Shown in pieces: positions 23,001-34,780 of a stretch of 41,633 nt of DNA. The notes beneath the pieces were generated by a model. The model worked only from the letters and a program-made list of their open reading frames with translations, did not search any database and had not been told where the DNA came from. This DNA is from an uncultured Clostridia bacterium (GTDB lineage: Bacteria > Bacillota > Clostridia > TANB77 > CAG-508), in NCBI GenBank assembly GCA_947628605.1, contig CANRAM010000003.1, forward strand, positions 1 through 41,633. Reading direction: 5' to 3'. Within the stretch, counting starts at the first letter, position 1. Each line of letters opens with the position of its first letter. A program made the translations under genes and the position numbers.

Positions 23001-26000
23001 GTTTTTCTAGCTTGTTCCTCAAATAATTGTATAACTGTCTTATCCTTTGGATAATCAGCTTTAGTATTGTTAAAATCGTATAAAATTTGTTTCCTTTCTT
23101 CACTTGAAAGTATATCAATATTAGCTATTGTTATAGCATTATCTGCTAAAATAGCTTGCAAAATATTCAAATAATGGTTTGATAATCTAGTTATAAAATC
23201 CTTATCAAACAATTTGGTACAATACTCGAAACGAAGATTTAATTCATCGTTTTCAGGTATAATTTCTAAAGATAAATCAAACTTTGCAATATTTGCATTA
23301 GGTACATAAACAGTAGAGTTTATACCTTTAAAATTAGCGGTTGCATTACCATTATTTTGGTAAATAAACATAGTATCAAAAAGAGGATTTCTACTAGTAT
23401 CTCTTTTTATATTTAATTGCTTAACTAATTCATCAAAAGGATATGTTTGATGTTCAAAAGCGTTTAAGCAATTAGTTTTTATTTCACTTACAAAATCTTT
23501 AAAAGACAAAGAAGAATTTATTTTATTTCTAAGAGCAAGTGAATTAACAAACATACCAATAATATTAGCAAGCTGAGAATTATCTCTACCAACAATAGGA
23601 GAGCCAACAACAATATCATCTTGACCAGTATATTTATATAAAAGTACATAATATACACTTAATAAAAGCATATAAGGCGTAATGCCAAGTTGTTTAGATA
23701 ATTCATTTAATTTAAAAGTCAAATCTTTATTAATACAAGCAAAAACATTATCACCTTCAAAACTTTGAATAGTAGGTCTATTGTAATTTGTAGGCATATT
23801 TAATAAAGGTATTTCATCATTAAATTGACTAACCCAAAATTCTTTATCTTTATCAAATTCATTAGACATTAACTTATTGTTTTCCCAAACAGCAAAATCT
23901 TTATAATTAATATCAAGAGTAGGTAAATCACTAGAACCATTGTATAGTGTACAAAGTTCGTTCATTAAAAGTGAAAGAGAAGTACCGTCACTTATAATAT
24001 GGTGCATATTAAGTAATAGAAAAGATTTATTGTTAGGTAAGTTAATTAATTTAGCGTTAAATAAAGGAGCTTTATTTAAGTTAAACGGTTTAACAAAAGC
24101 ATCGAATAACGCATCAACGTTGCTAGAGTTAGAAGTTTCAAAATCTAGCTTAAAATCTAATTTATCTAATATTTTTTGAACAATATTATCATCAATTACA
24201 TCAAAATATGTACGTAAAGATTCGTGCCTATCAATAATGGTATTGAAACATTGTTCTAATTTTTTCACATCAAGAGTAGCATCTACAATAATACCACCAG
24301 CTATGTTATAAAGAAGAGAATTATTATCTAAACTAGACGCATAATATATTCTTCTTTGTGCAGAAGAGACTGGATAGTAGTTTTGTTTTGATGTTTTAGG
24401 TATTATAGTTTTATTTGTGTTTGATAAAGAATTTATTAACTTTGCTAATTTTTTAATACTAGCATTATTAAAAATATCTTTAATAAGTATATTAACATTA
24501 AAAATATTAAAAATTTCTGTAGATAATTTTATAGCAATTAAAGAATCTAGTCCAAAATCAAATAAATTATCTAGAGCAGTGATATGTTCAATATTTAAAA
24601 GCTTGCAAATAGTTTTTATTAATAAAAGTTCTGTTTCGTTATAATTAATATCGTTATTATTGATTGAGGTAGATACGATTATTTCTGGTAATTTGTTTTT
24701 ATCAATTTTTCCATTTAAAGTTAAAGGAAAAGCATCTAATACCATAATATGAGAAGGTATCATATAGTAAGGTAAGTTATTATATAAGTGTTCATAAACA
24801 TCTTCAATCTTAATATTTTCATTTGTAGTTATATAAGAGCAAATACTATCGATATTATTTACCTTTTTTATCATAGTATAGGAGTTAGTAATAGTATTAA
24901 TATTAACTAATGCAGTATTAATTTCATTTAATTCAATTCTATGTCCTTTAAATTTAATTTGCGCATCATTTCTACCTATAAACGATAAAGTGCCATTTGG
25001 AGTCCAATAAGCTAAATCTCCAGTTTTATATACAGATTTAGAACTAAATCTAGAATTATGTATGAAGGTTTGATTAGTTAATTCAATATTATTTAAATAA
25101 CCTTTACTAACATTATCACCACTAATACATAATTCACCTACTACACCAATAGGTAAAATATTATTATTTTTATCTAAAATAAATATTTTACTATTAGATA
25201 TTGGAGAACCTATTGGTACATTTTCATTTAAATTATTAGAAAATTTATATTTATAAAAAGTAGTACAAATTGTTGCTTCCGTAGGACCGTAGCCATTTAC
25301 TATTTCCATATTTTTATTAATTTCTAAAAATTTATTTAAAGTGCTATTTTTTATTGCTTCTACACCTACAAGCAATTTGTCAATAAATACTTTTATTTTA
25401 TTTGAAATAATAAATTTGCTAACATCGTTAAGTACACTAGGTGGAATATATAAAAATGTTATTTTATTTTTAGTTAATATATCACATAATAGAGGAATAC
25501 TTGTTAATGTGTCTTCAGGATATAAAACTAAAGTACAACCAAAAGCAAGTGGAGTAAAAATTTCGCAAACACTTACATCAAATGAAATATTAGTAAGAGA
25601 TAAGCAATTATCTTTACTTCCAAATTTATTGTTAAAGCAATTGTTAAAGCTAAATAAAAAATTCACTAAATTATTATGAGTAACCATAACGCCTTTTGGA
25701 TTGCCAGTTGAACCTGATGTATATATAATATAAGCTAGGTCGCTAGTATCAATATTTATCAACAATTTATTTTTTTCATATTTTTTGAAGTTTATATTAT
25801 CATATACTAACGTTGTAGAGTTTTCTAAATTGTAATTAGTATCTGTAATGAATAATTTTGAATTACTATCTTTAACAATATAATTTATTCTATTAAAAGG
25901 GTAAGTAGGGTTTATTGGCAAATAAGCACAACCGCATTTTAAAATACCTAAAACAGTAATTATAAATGATATATTTTTATTCATACACACACTAATAATA

Positions 26001-27520
26001 TCGTTGTTATTAACTCCATTATCTACTAAACAATGGGCAAGTTGATTAGCTTTTTCATTCAATCCTTTGTAAGTTAATTGTTCATCCTCAAACACAACAG
26101 CAACTGCATTAGGAGTTTTTCTAGCTTGTTCCTCAAATAAATCAACAATAGTTTTATCCTTTGGATAATCCATTTTAGTATTATTGAACTTATATAAAAT
26201 TTCCTCTTTTTCTTCTTTCGTAACAATATCAATATCATAAATTCCAATATTGGCATTATCAAGGACTTGATGTATCATATGTAAAATACGTTTATGAATA
26301 TTTGTAATATCATCTTCATCATACTTATTAACACGATAATCATAAGTAAGATTTACGCATCCTGTATCATTAAGGTCGTATATGTGAATGTCAAAGTCAT
26401 CACCAGAGTTACCATTAAATCCCCAATGCATATCATAATCTATTCCGTTTGTAGTATCTTTTTTAGTAATTTGATAAGACATAATAGAATTATACAAACT
26501 TGGTAGACTAGGATTTCTTTTTCTTAATTCTTCTAAAATAAATTGGTTAGAATACTTCTGGTGACGAAGCATACTTAAAGAATCCTTTGCAACTATACTT
26601 ACAAAAGATTTAAAGCTTAAATTACTGTTTAAGTTAAACCTACAAGGAATAACATTAATAAACATACCAAGAGTATTCTTTTCCTTAAAATCCGTTCTAT
26701 TTAAAATAGGAGTTCCAATAACAAAATCCTCTAAACCAGAAACTCTACTAGTATATATAGCAAAAATAGCCATAAAGAAATTAAAAACTGAAATTTTATT
26801 ATTTTTGCAAAATTCATTAATTTTATTCATATCTTGTTTTGAAACCGTATGAATACTACGAAAAGCTTTACAAGAAAAGTCATTATCAGTTTTTTTCTTA
26901 CTTGGAATAGAGCAAGAATTTGGAATAGAGTCAAAGATATTATTCCAGTATTGTTTATCCTTTTCAAATTTGTTACTATTCAAATAATCGTGTTCTGCAT
27001 AAATATAATCTAAGTAAGGATGAAGAACATCTAAATTAGGTTCTTCATTTTTTACTAAAGAAACATAAACATTAGCAATTTCTCTACAAATTAAGCCTAA
27101 AGACCAAGAGTCTGAAATTAAATGGTGAATATTAATAATAAAACCACCAAAACCATTAGGTAATCGGAATAGTTTAAACTTAAACAATCTAGAGAAAATA
27201 TCAAAAACTTCTTGCATAAAATCATTCTCAATAGCAAAAACTTCTTCTTTAGAATTAACATCTATAATGTCAAAATCTATAGCTTCAAAATCAGTAATAA
27301 ATTGTTTTATTTCATTGTTTTCTAAAGATAGTCTAATATTAAAACTATCATTATGCTCAATTACAAGGTTAATAGCACGTTTAAATAAGTCAAAATTAAC
27401 CTTTTCATTTATAAAAAAACTACCTCCAATATTATTAATACTACTACCAGAATAAAATTGCTCTGTAAGTAATATAGACCTTTGTGGATTAGTTAAATTA
27501 AATGTTTCTTTATTTTTCAC
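20044..27520 (-). CDS. Dimodular NRPS, C-A-T-C-A-T-R (terminal thioester reductase); +1 shift at CGG 20287
   Basis: C domains HHLISDSWS and HHIISDGTS; A domains (Y/F)TSGSTG.PKG, YGPTE, YKTGDL; T domains GLDSL and GGDSL; R domain TGFTGFLG and YAKTK. Skipping C20287 adds 80 aa (...LKKFGFEWP.ID..Y) that end at the RBS of the next gene. Confidence 0.92.
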
Positions 27521-27727
27521 AATATCACCCTCAAATAAATATAAATAAAAAGACCGAACTCCCTATAATTCAATAAATTATATAATTAAAACTTAAAAAA
27601 TAAAACCACTTTTTAGTAATGTAACCAAAAATATATAATTACGTAACAAAAATGTAATATAAATACAGAAATTAGGCAAAAAACAACAAAAATCGACATA
27701 GTAAAGAACTTAAAGCAAATTAAAACA

Positions 27728-27762
27728 AAAAACGATACCTTAAAACACAAGGTATCGTTTTT
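27728..27762. terminator. Rho-independent terminator
   Basis: AAAAACGATACCTT...AAGGTATCGTTTTT. Confidence 0.75.
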
Positions 27763-27769
27763 GCAGTCT

Positions 27770-28322
27770 GGTTATGCAACTTTTTTTCATCAAACATCTT
27801 TGTACAAATTGTAAATAGTGTCAAAATCAAACAATAAAATCCGGTCTATGTCTGTTTTAAGTCTTACTTTAAATGAATATTCACTTAAAGAAGGCTCAAT
27901 TGAAATTTCTGAAATGTTTTTTTCGACTATTTTCTGGCAAAGCTCAATAACTTTTTGTCGAAAAGAATCAGAAAAAGCTAAAAAGCCACTTTCAGAAATT
28001 TTTTGCCAAAAAATGTTCTTTTTAGCAATTGTATCTACTTCTTTCTGTACTGCAGAATACAGTTGAAAGAAGATAATATTGTACAGGATATGACCAGCTA
28101 TTAAAAACAGCAAGATTACGAGAACCGATCCTTCCGGTTCTTCTTGAAGGTTGTTGAACATTCGATATATTACGAGAATAGCAACAACTACAAGGAGAAC
28201 AATTAGTGCAAAAGACATAAAGAATAGTATGAATAAACAATTCCGAATATTTACCATACTTTTTTGGTTCAGTTTAATTTCTAACATAATAAAGCTCCTT
28301 TCAACTCAAGAGTTGCATAACC
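27770..28322. repeat. 12-bp inverted repeats bracketing one ORF
   Basis: GGTTATGCAACT (27770-27781) and AGTTGCATAACC (28311-28322). Confidence 0.7.
27790..28287 (-). CDS. Hypothetical membrane protein (2 TM), foreign-looking
   Basis: AAGGAG RBS, two hydrophobic helices, double TGA stop, atypical codon use including two in-frame CGG. Confidence 0.6.
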   Translation of the reverse strand: MLEIKLNQKSMVNIRNCLFILFFMSFALIVLLVVVAILVIYRMFNNLQEEPEGSVLVILLFLIAGHILYNIIFFQLYSAVQKEVDTIAKKNIFWQKISESGFLAFSDSFRQKVIELCQKIVEKNISEISIEPSLSEYSFKVRLKTDIDRILLFDFDTIYNLYKDV

Positions 28323-28465
28323 TTCAACTAGAAATATATCTATATTTTAGCACAAAATTATGTAAAGTGCAATAGAAAATAAAAATTACTTCAAAGAAAC
28401 CTTGTAAAAAAACCAAAAATATAGTATTATATAAAAAGATTATGTAATAAAAAGGAGCAAAATTT

Positions 28466-29503
28466 ATGGAAAAAAGTTTTAGCCAAAGTTATAAAGAAGC
28501 AGGAGTAGATGTTACAGCAGGATATAAATCAGTTGAACTAATGAAAAAATATGTACAAAGCACATATATTGAAGGCGTAGAATCAGACCTAGGTGGGTTT
28601 GGTGGACTTTTTGCGCCAAATATAAAAGATATGAAAGAACCAATTTTAGTTTCAGGAACTGACGGAGTAGGAACAAAACTAAAATTGGCTTTTTTAATGA
28701 ATAAGCACGATACAATAGGGCAAGACTGTGTAGCAATGTGCGTAAACGATATAATATGCTGTGGAGCAAGACCATTATTCTTTTTAGACTATATGTCACT
28801 ATGGAAAAACATACCGGAAATGGTAGCAACAATTGTAAAAGGAGTAACAGACGGATGTAAAAAAGCAGGATGTGCATTAATAGGAGGAGAAACAGCAGAA
28901 ATGCCAGGATTATATGCTGAGAATGAATATGACCTAGCAGGATTTAGTGTAGGAATTGTAGATAAAGAAAAAATGATAAATTCAAATAGCATAGAAAAAG
29001 GAGACATAGTAATAGGTCTTGCATCATCTGGAGTTCACTCTAATGGTTTTTCACTAGTAAGAAAAATATTCAACGTAAATGAAGAAAATTTACAACAATA
29101 CAAAGAAGAATTAGGAATGACCTTAGGAGAAGCACTATTAACACCAACAAAAATTTATGTAAAGCCAGTACTAAAATTGATAGAACAAATATCAGTTAAG
29201 GGAATTTCTCATATAACAGGTGGAGGATTTTATGAAAATATGCCAAGAATGTTAAACGAAAAAGTAGCAATAAACATAAATAAAAATTCATATGAAGTAC
29301 CAGAAATTTTTAAACTAATTCAAAAACAAGGCAACATACCACAAAGAGATATGTACAACACATTCAATATGGGAATTGGAATGGCAATAATAGTATCAAA
29401 AAAAGACCAACAAAAAGCATTACAAATTTTACAACAAGAAGATGAAACAGCCTATGTAATAGGAGAAATAGTAGAAGGAAATAAAGAAATAAACATTAAA
29501 TAA
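28466..29503 (+). CDS. purM: Phosphoribosylformylglycinamidine cyclo-ligase (AIR synthetase)
   Basis: YKEAGVD, GTDGVGTK, GGETAEMPG, SSGVHSNGFSL, HITGGG, TFNMGIG. Confidence 0.97.
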   Translation: MEKSFSQSYKEAGVDVTAGYKSVELMKKYVQSTYIEGVESDLGGFGGLFAPNIKDMKEPILVSGTDGVGTKLKLAFLMNKHDTIGQDCVAMCVNDIICCGARPLFFLDYMSLWKNIPEMVATIVKGVTDGCKKAGCALIGGETAEMPGLYAENEYDLAGFSVGIVDKEKMINSNSIEKGDIVIGLASSGVHSNGFSLVRKIFNVNEENLQQYKEELGMTLGEALLTPTKIYVKPVLKLIEQISVKGISHITGGGFYENMPRMLNEKVAININKNSYEVPEIFKLIQKQGNIPQRDMYNTFNMGIGMAIIVSKKDQQKALQILQQEDETAYVIGEIVEGNKEINIK

Positions 29504-29522
29504 TTTTAGGAGGAAAATAAAA

Positions 29523-32500
29523 ATGGTAAGAAGAATTTATGTGCAAAAAAAAGAAGGCTTTAATGTTGAAGCAAAAACTATTTTAAAAGACATACAAGAA
29601 AATTTACAAATAAAAAACTTGCAAGATATAGTTATTTTAAATAGATATGATGTATCTGGAATAGATGACAAGACCTACGAAAAAGCAAAAAAAACAGTAT
29701 TTTCAGAGCCACAAGTAAATATGTGTTTTGATGAAGAATATAATTTTAATGAACAAGACACAATATTTGCAGTAGAATTTTTACCAGGGCAATTCGACCA
29801 AAGGTCAAACTCATTAGTAGAATGTTTGCAAATAATTAGTGGAGGCGAAAAGCCAACTGCAAAATCAGCTAAAATTTATATATTAAAAGGAAATTTGCAA
29901 AAAGAAGAAGTAGAAAAAATAAAGAAATACCTTATAAATTCAGTAGACTCAAGAGAAGCAAGTTTAGAAAAGCAAGAAACATTACAAGACGAAATAGAAG
30001 AACCAAAAGATGTAGAAACAATAGAAGGCTTTATAAATATGACAGACAACGATGCACAAAAATTCTATGAAAAATATGAATTTGCAATGGATTTACAAGA
30101 CCTAAAATTCTGCCAAAAATATTTTAGAGATACAGAAAAAAGAGACCCAACAATGACAGAAATGAAAATGATAGATACATATTGGTCAGACCACTGTAGA
30201 CATACAACATTCCTTACAAAATTAGAAGTAATAGATATAAAATGGGATTTACTTAAAGAAATATATGAAAAATACATAAATTCAAGGAAATTTGTTTACG
30301 AAGATAGACAAAAAGATATATCATTAATGGATGTAGCAACAATAGCAGCAAAAGAATTAAAAAAACGAGGAATATTAAAAGACTTAGATGAATCAGAAGA
30401 AATAAATGCTTGCAGTATAAAGGCAGAAATCTTAGTAGACGGAAAACCTGAAGAATACTTAATAATGTTCAAAAATGAGACACATAATCATCCAACAGAA
30501 ATTGAACCATTTGGAGGAGCCGCAACTTGTTTAGGAGGAGCAATACGTGACCCATTATCTGGAAGAGTATATGTGTATCAAGCAATGCGCGTAACAGGTG
30601 CAGGAGACCCAACAGTACCAATAGAAGAAACATTACCAAATAAATTACCTCAGCGTAAATTAACAAACGAAGCAGCACGTGGATATAGTTCATATGGAAA
30701 TCAAATAGGTCTTGCAACAGGTCAAGTAACTGAAATTTATCATCCGGGTTATATAGCAAAACGTTTAGAAATAGGAGCATTAGTTGGAGCAGCACCAGCA
30801 AAAAACGTAGTAAGAGTAAGACCAGAACCAGGAGATAAAGTTATATTACTTGGAGGAAGAACAGGAAGAGATGGTTGTGGAGGTGCCACAGGTTCATCTA
30901 AAGCACATACAAGTAAATCGTTAACAACGTGCGGAGCAGAAGTACAAAAAGGAAATGCACCTGAAGAAAGAAAAATACAAAGATTATTTAGAAATGAAGA
31001 AGTAGCAAAACTAATTAAAAGATGTAACGACTTTGGAGCAGGAGGGGTTTCTGTTGCAATAGGAGAGCTTGCAGATGGTTTAATTATAAATTTAGATAAA
31101 GTTCCAAAAAAATATGAGGGTCTAAACGGAACAGAACTTGCAATTTCTGAATCACAAGAAAGAATGGCAGTAGTTGTTGCAAAAGAAAATGTAGAAAAAT
31201 TCGAAAAACTTGCTAACTTAGAAAACATAGAAACAAGTGTTGTAGCAGATGTTGTAGAAGAACCAAGAGTAAAAATGTATTGGAGAGGAACAAAAATTGT
31301 TGACGTTAGCCGTGAATTTTTAAATACAAACGGAGATACGAAAAAAGCAAATGTCGAAATAAGTAAACCTAACTATGAAGAAAATTATTTCAAGAAAAAA
31401 GAAATAAAAGATATAAAACAAGAGTGGAAGAAAAATATATCTTCACTTAACTGTTGTTCACAAAAAGGTTTAAGTGAAAGATTTGATTCAACCATAGGAG
31501 CAGGAACAGTTATAATGCCTTTCGGAGGCAAGCAACAATTAACTCCAGCAGAAGGAATGGCAGCAAGAATACCAACACAAGAAGGATATACAACCACAGG
31601 AACAATTATGACATTTGGATACAATCCAAATTTAGCAATGTGGAGTCCATTTCACGGAGCAGTATATGCAATAATTGAGTCTATAACAAAATATGTAGCA
31701 ATGGGAGGAGACTATAAAAAAGCGTGGTTAACTTTCCAAGAATATTTTGAAAGATTAAGAAATGACGAAACAAGATGGGGCAAACCACTTAGTGCATTAC
31801 TTGGAGCATATTTAGTACAAGAAAAACTTTCTATAGCTTCAATAGGAGGAAAAGACAGTATGTCTGGTTCATATAACGAATTAGATGTACCACCAACCCT
31901 TGTATCATTTTGTATAGGAACAGCTAATATAGAAAAAATAGTTTCAAATGAATTTAAAAAGCCACATTCAAAAGTAATGTTATTAAAAACTAAAATAGAC
32001 GAAAACTTTTTACCAGACTTTGAAGATTTAAAAGAAAATTATGAAATAATACATAACTTAATAAATGACAAAAAGATATTATCAGCAACTAGTATAAAAC
32101 ACGGAGGAATATCTGATTGTATAACAAAAAGCGCAATAGGAAACAAAATTGGATTTAAATTTACAACAGATGAAGATTTATTTAGCCCGATGTATGGTAG
32201 CTTTATAATAGAAGTAGAAGAAAACGTAGAAAATACAAAACTACAAGAATTAGGTTATACAATAGAAGATGAAGAAATAATATTAAAAAATAGCGAAAAG
32301 CTAGACTTAAATGAATTAATAAAAATATGGGAAGAGCCATTAGAAAAAGTATTTCCTACAAAAAATAATAGAGCAAAGGAAAAAGTAGAAAATATACAAA
32401 GTAGCCATATATGTACTTTAACAAGAAAAGTAAGCATTGCAAAACCACGAGTATTCATACCAGTATTTGCAGGTACAAACTGTGAATATGACTTAGAAAA

Positions 32501-33242
32501 AGCATTTACAGATGCAGGAGCCGTAGTAAACACAAGTATATTTAGAAATATAAAACCAGAATACATAGAAGAATCAATAAAAGAATTTGAAAAACAAATT
32601 AATGATGCACAAATAATAATGATACCAGGAGGATTTAGTGCAGGAGATGAACCAGACGGTTCAGGAAAATTCATTGCATCAGTGTTTAGAAATCCACGTT
32701 TAACAGATGCCATTCATAAACACTTAAATGAGCAAGACGGTTTAATTTTAGGTATATGTAATGGATTTCAAGCATTAATAAAATTAGGGCTTCTTCCATA
32801 TGGAAAAATTATGCAAATGGATGATTATATGCCAACACTAACATTTAATGATATATCAAGACATCAATCTAAACTTGTAACAACAAAAGTAGTATCTAAA
32901 CTATCGCCTTGGCTAAGTAAAGTAAATATAGGAGATGAATTTGTTATACCAATTTCACACGGGGAAGGAAAATTTGTAGCAACAGAGGAAGTAATGAAAA
33001 CTTTAATAGAAAACGGTCAAATAGCAACACAATATGTGGATTTAAACGGAAATGCAAGTATGGATGTAGCTTACAATCCAAATGGTTCAGTATACGCAGT
33101 AGAAGGAATAACAAGCCCAGACGGAAGAATTTTAGGAAAAATGGGACATTCAGAAAGAAGTTATAGAAAAGACATCTTAAAAAATGTACCAGGAAATAAA
33201 GACCAAAAATTATTTGAATCCGGAGTAGAATATTATAAATAA
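29523..33242 (+). CDS. purL: Phosphoribosylformylglycinamidine synthase (large fused form)
   Basis: WSDHCRH, ETHNHPT, SESQERM, GGKDSMS, GICNGFQ, MGHSER. Confidence 0.96.
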   Translation: MVRRIYVQKKEGFNVEAKTILKDIQENLQIKNLQDIVILNRYDVSGIDDKTYEKAKKTVFSEPQVNMCFDEEYNFNEQDTIFAVEFLPGQFDQRSNSLVECLQIISGGEKPTAKSAKIYILKGNLQKEEVEKIKKYLINSVDSREASLEKQETLQDEIEEPKDVETIEGFINMTDNDAQKFYEKYEFAMDLQDLKFCQKYFRDTEKRDPTMTEMKMIDTYWSDHCRHTTFLTKLEVIDIKWDLLKEIYEKYINSRKFVYEDRQKDISLMDVATIAAKELKKRGILKDLDESEEINACSIKAEILVDGKPEEYLIMFKNETHNHPTEIEPFGGAATCLGGAIRDPLSGRVYVYQAMRVTGAGDPTVPIEETLPNKLPQRKLTNEAARGYSSYGNQIGLATGQVTEIYHPGYIAKRLEIGALVGAAPAKNVVRVRPEPGDKVILLGGRTGRDGCGGATGSSKAHTSKSLTTCGAEVQKGNAPEERKIQRLFRNEEVAKLIKRCNDFGAGGVSVAIGELADGLIINLDKVPKKYEGLNGTELAISESQERMAVVVAKENVEKFEKLANLENIETSVVADVVEEPRVKMYWRGTKIVDVSREFLNTNGDTKKANVEISKPNYEENYFKKKEIKDIKQEWKKNISSLNCCSQKGLSERFDSTIGAGTVIMPFGGKQQLTPAEGMAARIPTQEGYTTTGTIMTFGYNPNLAMWSPFHGAVYAIIESITKYVAMGGDYKKAWLTFQEYFERLRNDETRWGKPLSALLGAYLVQEKLSIASIGGKDSMSGSYNELDVPPTLVSFCIGTANIEKIVSNEFKKPHSKVMLLKTKIDENFLPDFEDLKENYEIIHNLINDKKILSATSIKHGGISDCITKSAIGNKIGFKFTTDEDLFSPMYGSFIIEVEENVENTKLQELGYTIEDEEIILKNSEKLDLNELIKIWEEPLEKVFPTKNNRAKEKVENIQSSHICTLTRKVSIAKPRVFIPVFAGTNCEYDLEKAFTDAGAVVNTSIFRNIKPEYIEESIKEFEKQINDAQIIMIPGGFSAGDEPDGSGKFIASVFRNPRLTDAIHKHLNEQDGLILGICNGFQALIKLGLLPYGKIMQMDDYMPTLTFNDISRHQSKLVTTKVVSKLSPWLSKVNIGDEFVIPISHGEGKFVATEEVMKTLIENGQIATQYVDLNGNASMDVAYNPNGSVYAVEGITSPDGRILGKMGHSERSYRKDILKNVPGNKDQKLFESGVEYYK

Positions 33243-33279
33243 TATCTTCAAAAAGTTGAACAAAAAGGAGTAAAAAATT

Positions 33280-34714
33280 ATGGAAAGAAATATATATGTA
33301 ACTCCATTATCTGGAAGATATGCAAGTGATGAAATGAATAAAATATGGTCAAGTGATACAAAATATAGTACTTGGAGGAAATTATGGGTAGCACTTGCAG
33401 AAACGGAAAAAGAGTTAGGAATAAATATTACAGACGAACAAATAAATGAAATGAAGCAAAATGTGGAAAACATAGACTATGAAATTGTTGCAAAAAGAGA
33501 GGCAGAATGTAGGCACGATGTTATGTCGCACGTATATGAATTTGGAATAAAATGTCCATTAGCAAAGCCAATAATTCATTTAGGAGCAACATCGTGTTAT
33601 GTAACAGACAATACAGATGTTATACTAATGCGTGAAGCATTAAAATTAGTAAGGCAAAAGTTAATATTAGTAATTAGTAATTTAAAAGACTTTGCACTAA
33701 AAAATAAAAGTATAACTTGCTTAGGATATACACATTTTCAGCCAGCTCAATTAACTACAGTTGGAAAAAGAGCTTGTTTATGGTTGCAAGATTTATTAGA
33801 AGATTTAGAAGAATTAAATTTTGTAATTGACCATATGAAATTATTAGGTTGTAAAGGAACAACAGGAACACAGGAAAGCTTTATGAAATTATTTAAGGAC
33901 GAGGAAAAAGTAAATAAAATAGATAGCAAAATAGCAGAAAAAATGGGCTTTGAAAACGTATATTATGTATCACGGTCAAACCTACACAAGAAAACTAGAT
34001 TCAAGAGTACTAAATATATTATCTAGTATAGCACAAAGTGCTTCAAAATTTGCAAACGATATGAGATTATTGCAACACGAAAAAGAATTAGAAGAACCAT
34101 TCGAAAAGTCACAAATTGGGTCTTCTGCAATGGCATATAAAAGAAATCCTATGAGAAGTGAAAGAATTAATTCTTTAGCAAGGCACGTAGTGGTATTAGC
34201 AAATGACCCTGCTATTACATCTATGACTCAATGGCTAGAAAGAACATTAGATGATTCTGCAAACAAAAGAATTTGTATACCAGAAAGCTTTCTAGCAGTA
34301 GATGCTATTTTAATATTATATGCTAACATAACCTCAAATATTGTTGTATATGAAAACGTTATAAAAACTAATATGATGCAAGAATTACCATTTATGGGAA
34401 CAGAGGAAATCCTAATGAATGCAGTATTAAAAGGTGGAGATAGGCAAGAATTACACGAAAAAATAAGAGTATATTCAATGGAAGCAGGTCGCAAAGTAAA
34501 GGAATATGGAGAACCAAATGATTTAGTAGAAAGAATAGCAAATGATGAGACGTTTGGTTTAACAAAGGAAGAGATTTTGAAAGCATTAAATCCAGATAAC
34601 TTGTGCGGAAGAGCGCCAAAACAAGTAGAAAACTTTATTCAAACAGCAGTTAATCCTATACTTGATGAATATAAAGACTTAATACAAGGTTTAACAGTAG
34701 AAGTAAAAGTTTAA
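33280..34714 (+). CDS. purB: Adenylosuccinate lyase; +1 shift at CGG 33973
   Basis: RHDVM, HLGATS, THFQPAQ, KGTTGTQ, YVS(c)GQTYTRK and [11 protein letters not shown]; 477 aa when joined. Confidence 0.93.
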
Positions 34715-34716
34715 TA

Positions 34717-34762
34717 AATAATAAAATTCACAATTTATAAACAATTGTGAATTTTATTATTT
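34717..34762. terminator. Bidirectional terminator between purB and purC
   Basis: AAATAATAAAATTCACAATT pairs with AATTGTGAATTTTATTATTT. Confidence 0.7.
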
Positions 34763-34780
34763 TAGAGTAATATTAAAAAA

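Noticed and set aside
28330..28465. Purine riboswitch upstream of purM
   Set aside because: The leader is short and AT-rich and lacks the conserved aptamer core; only a sigma-A-like promoter (TTGTAA-N17-TATTAT) is visible.
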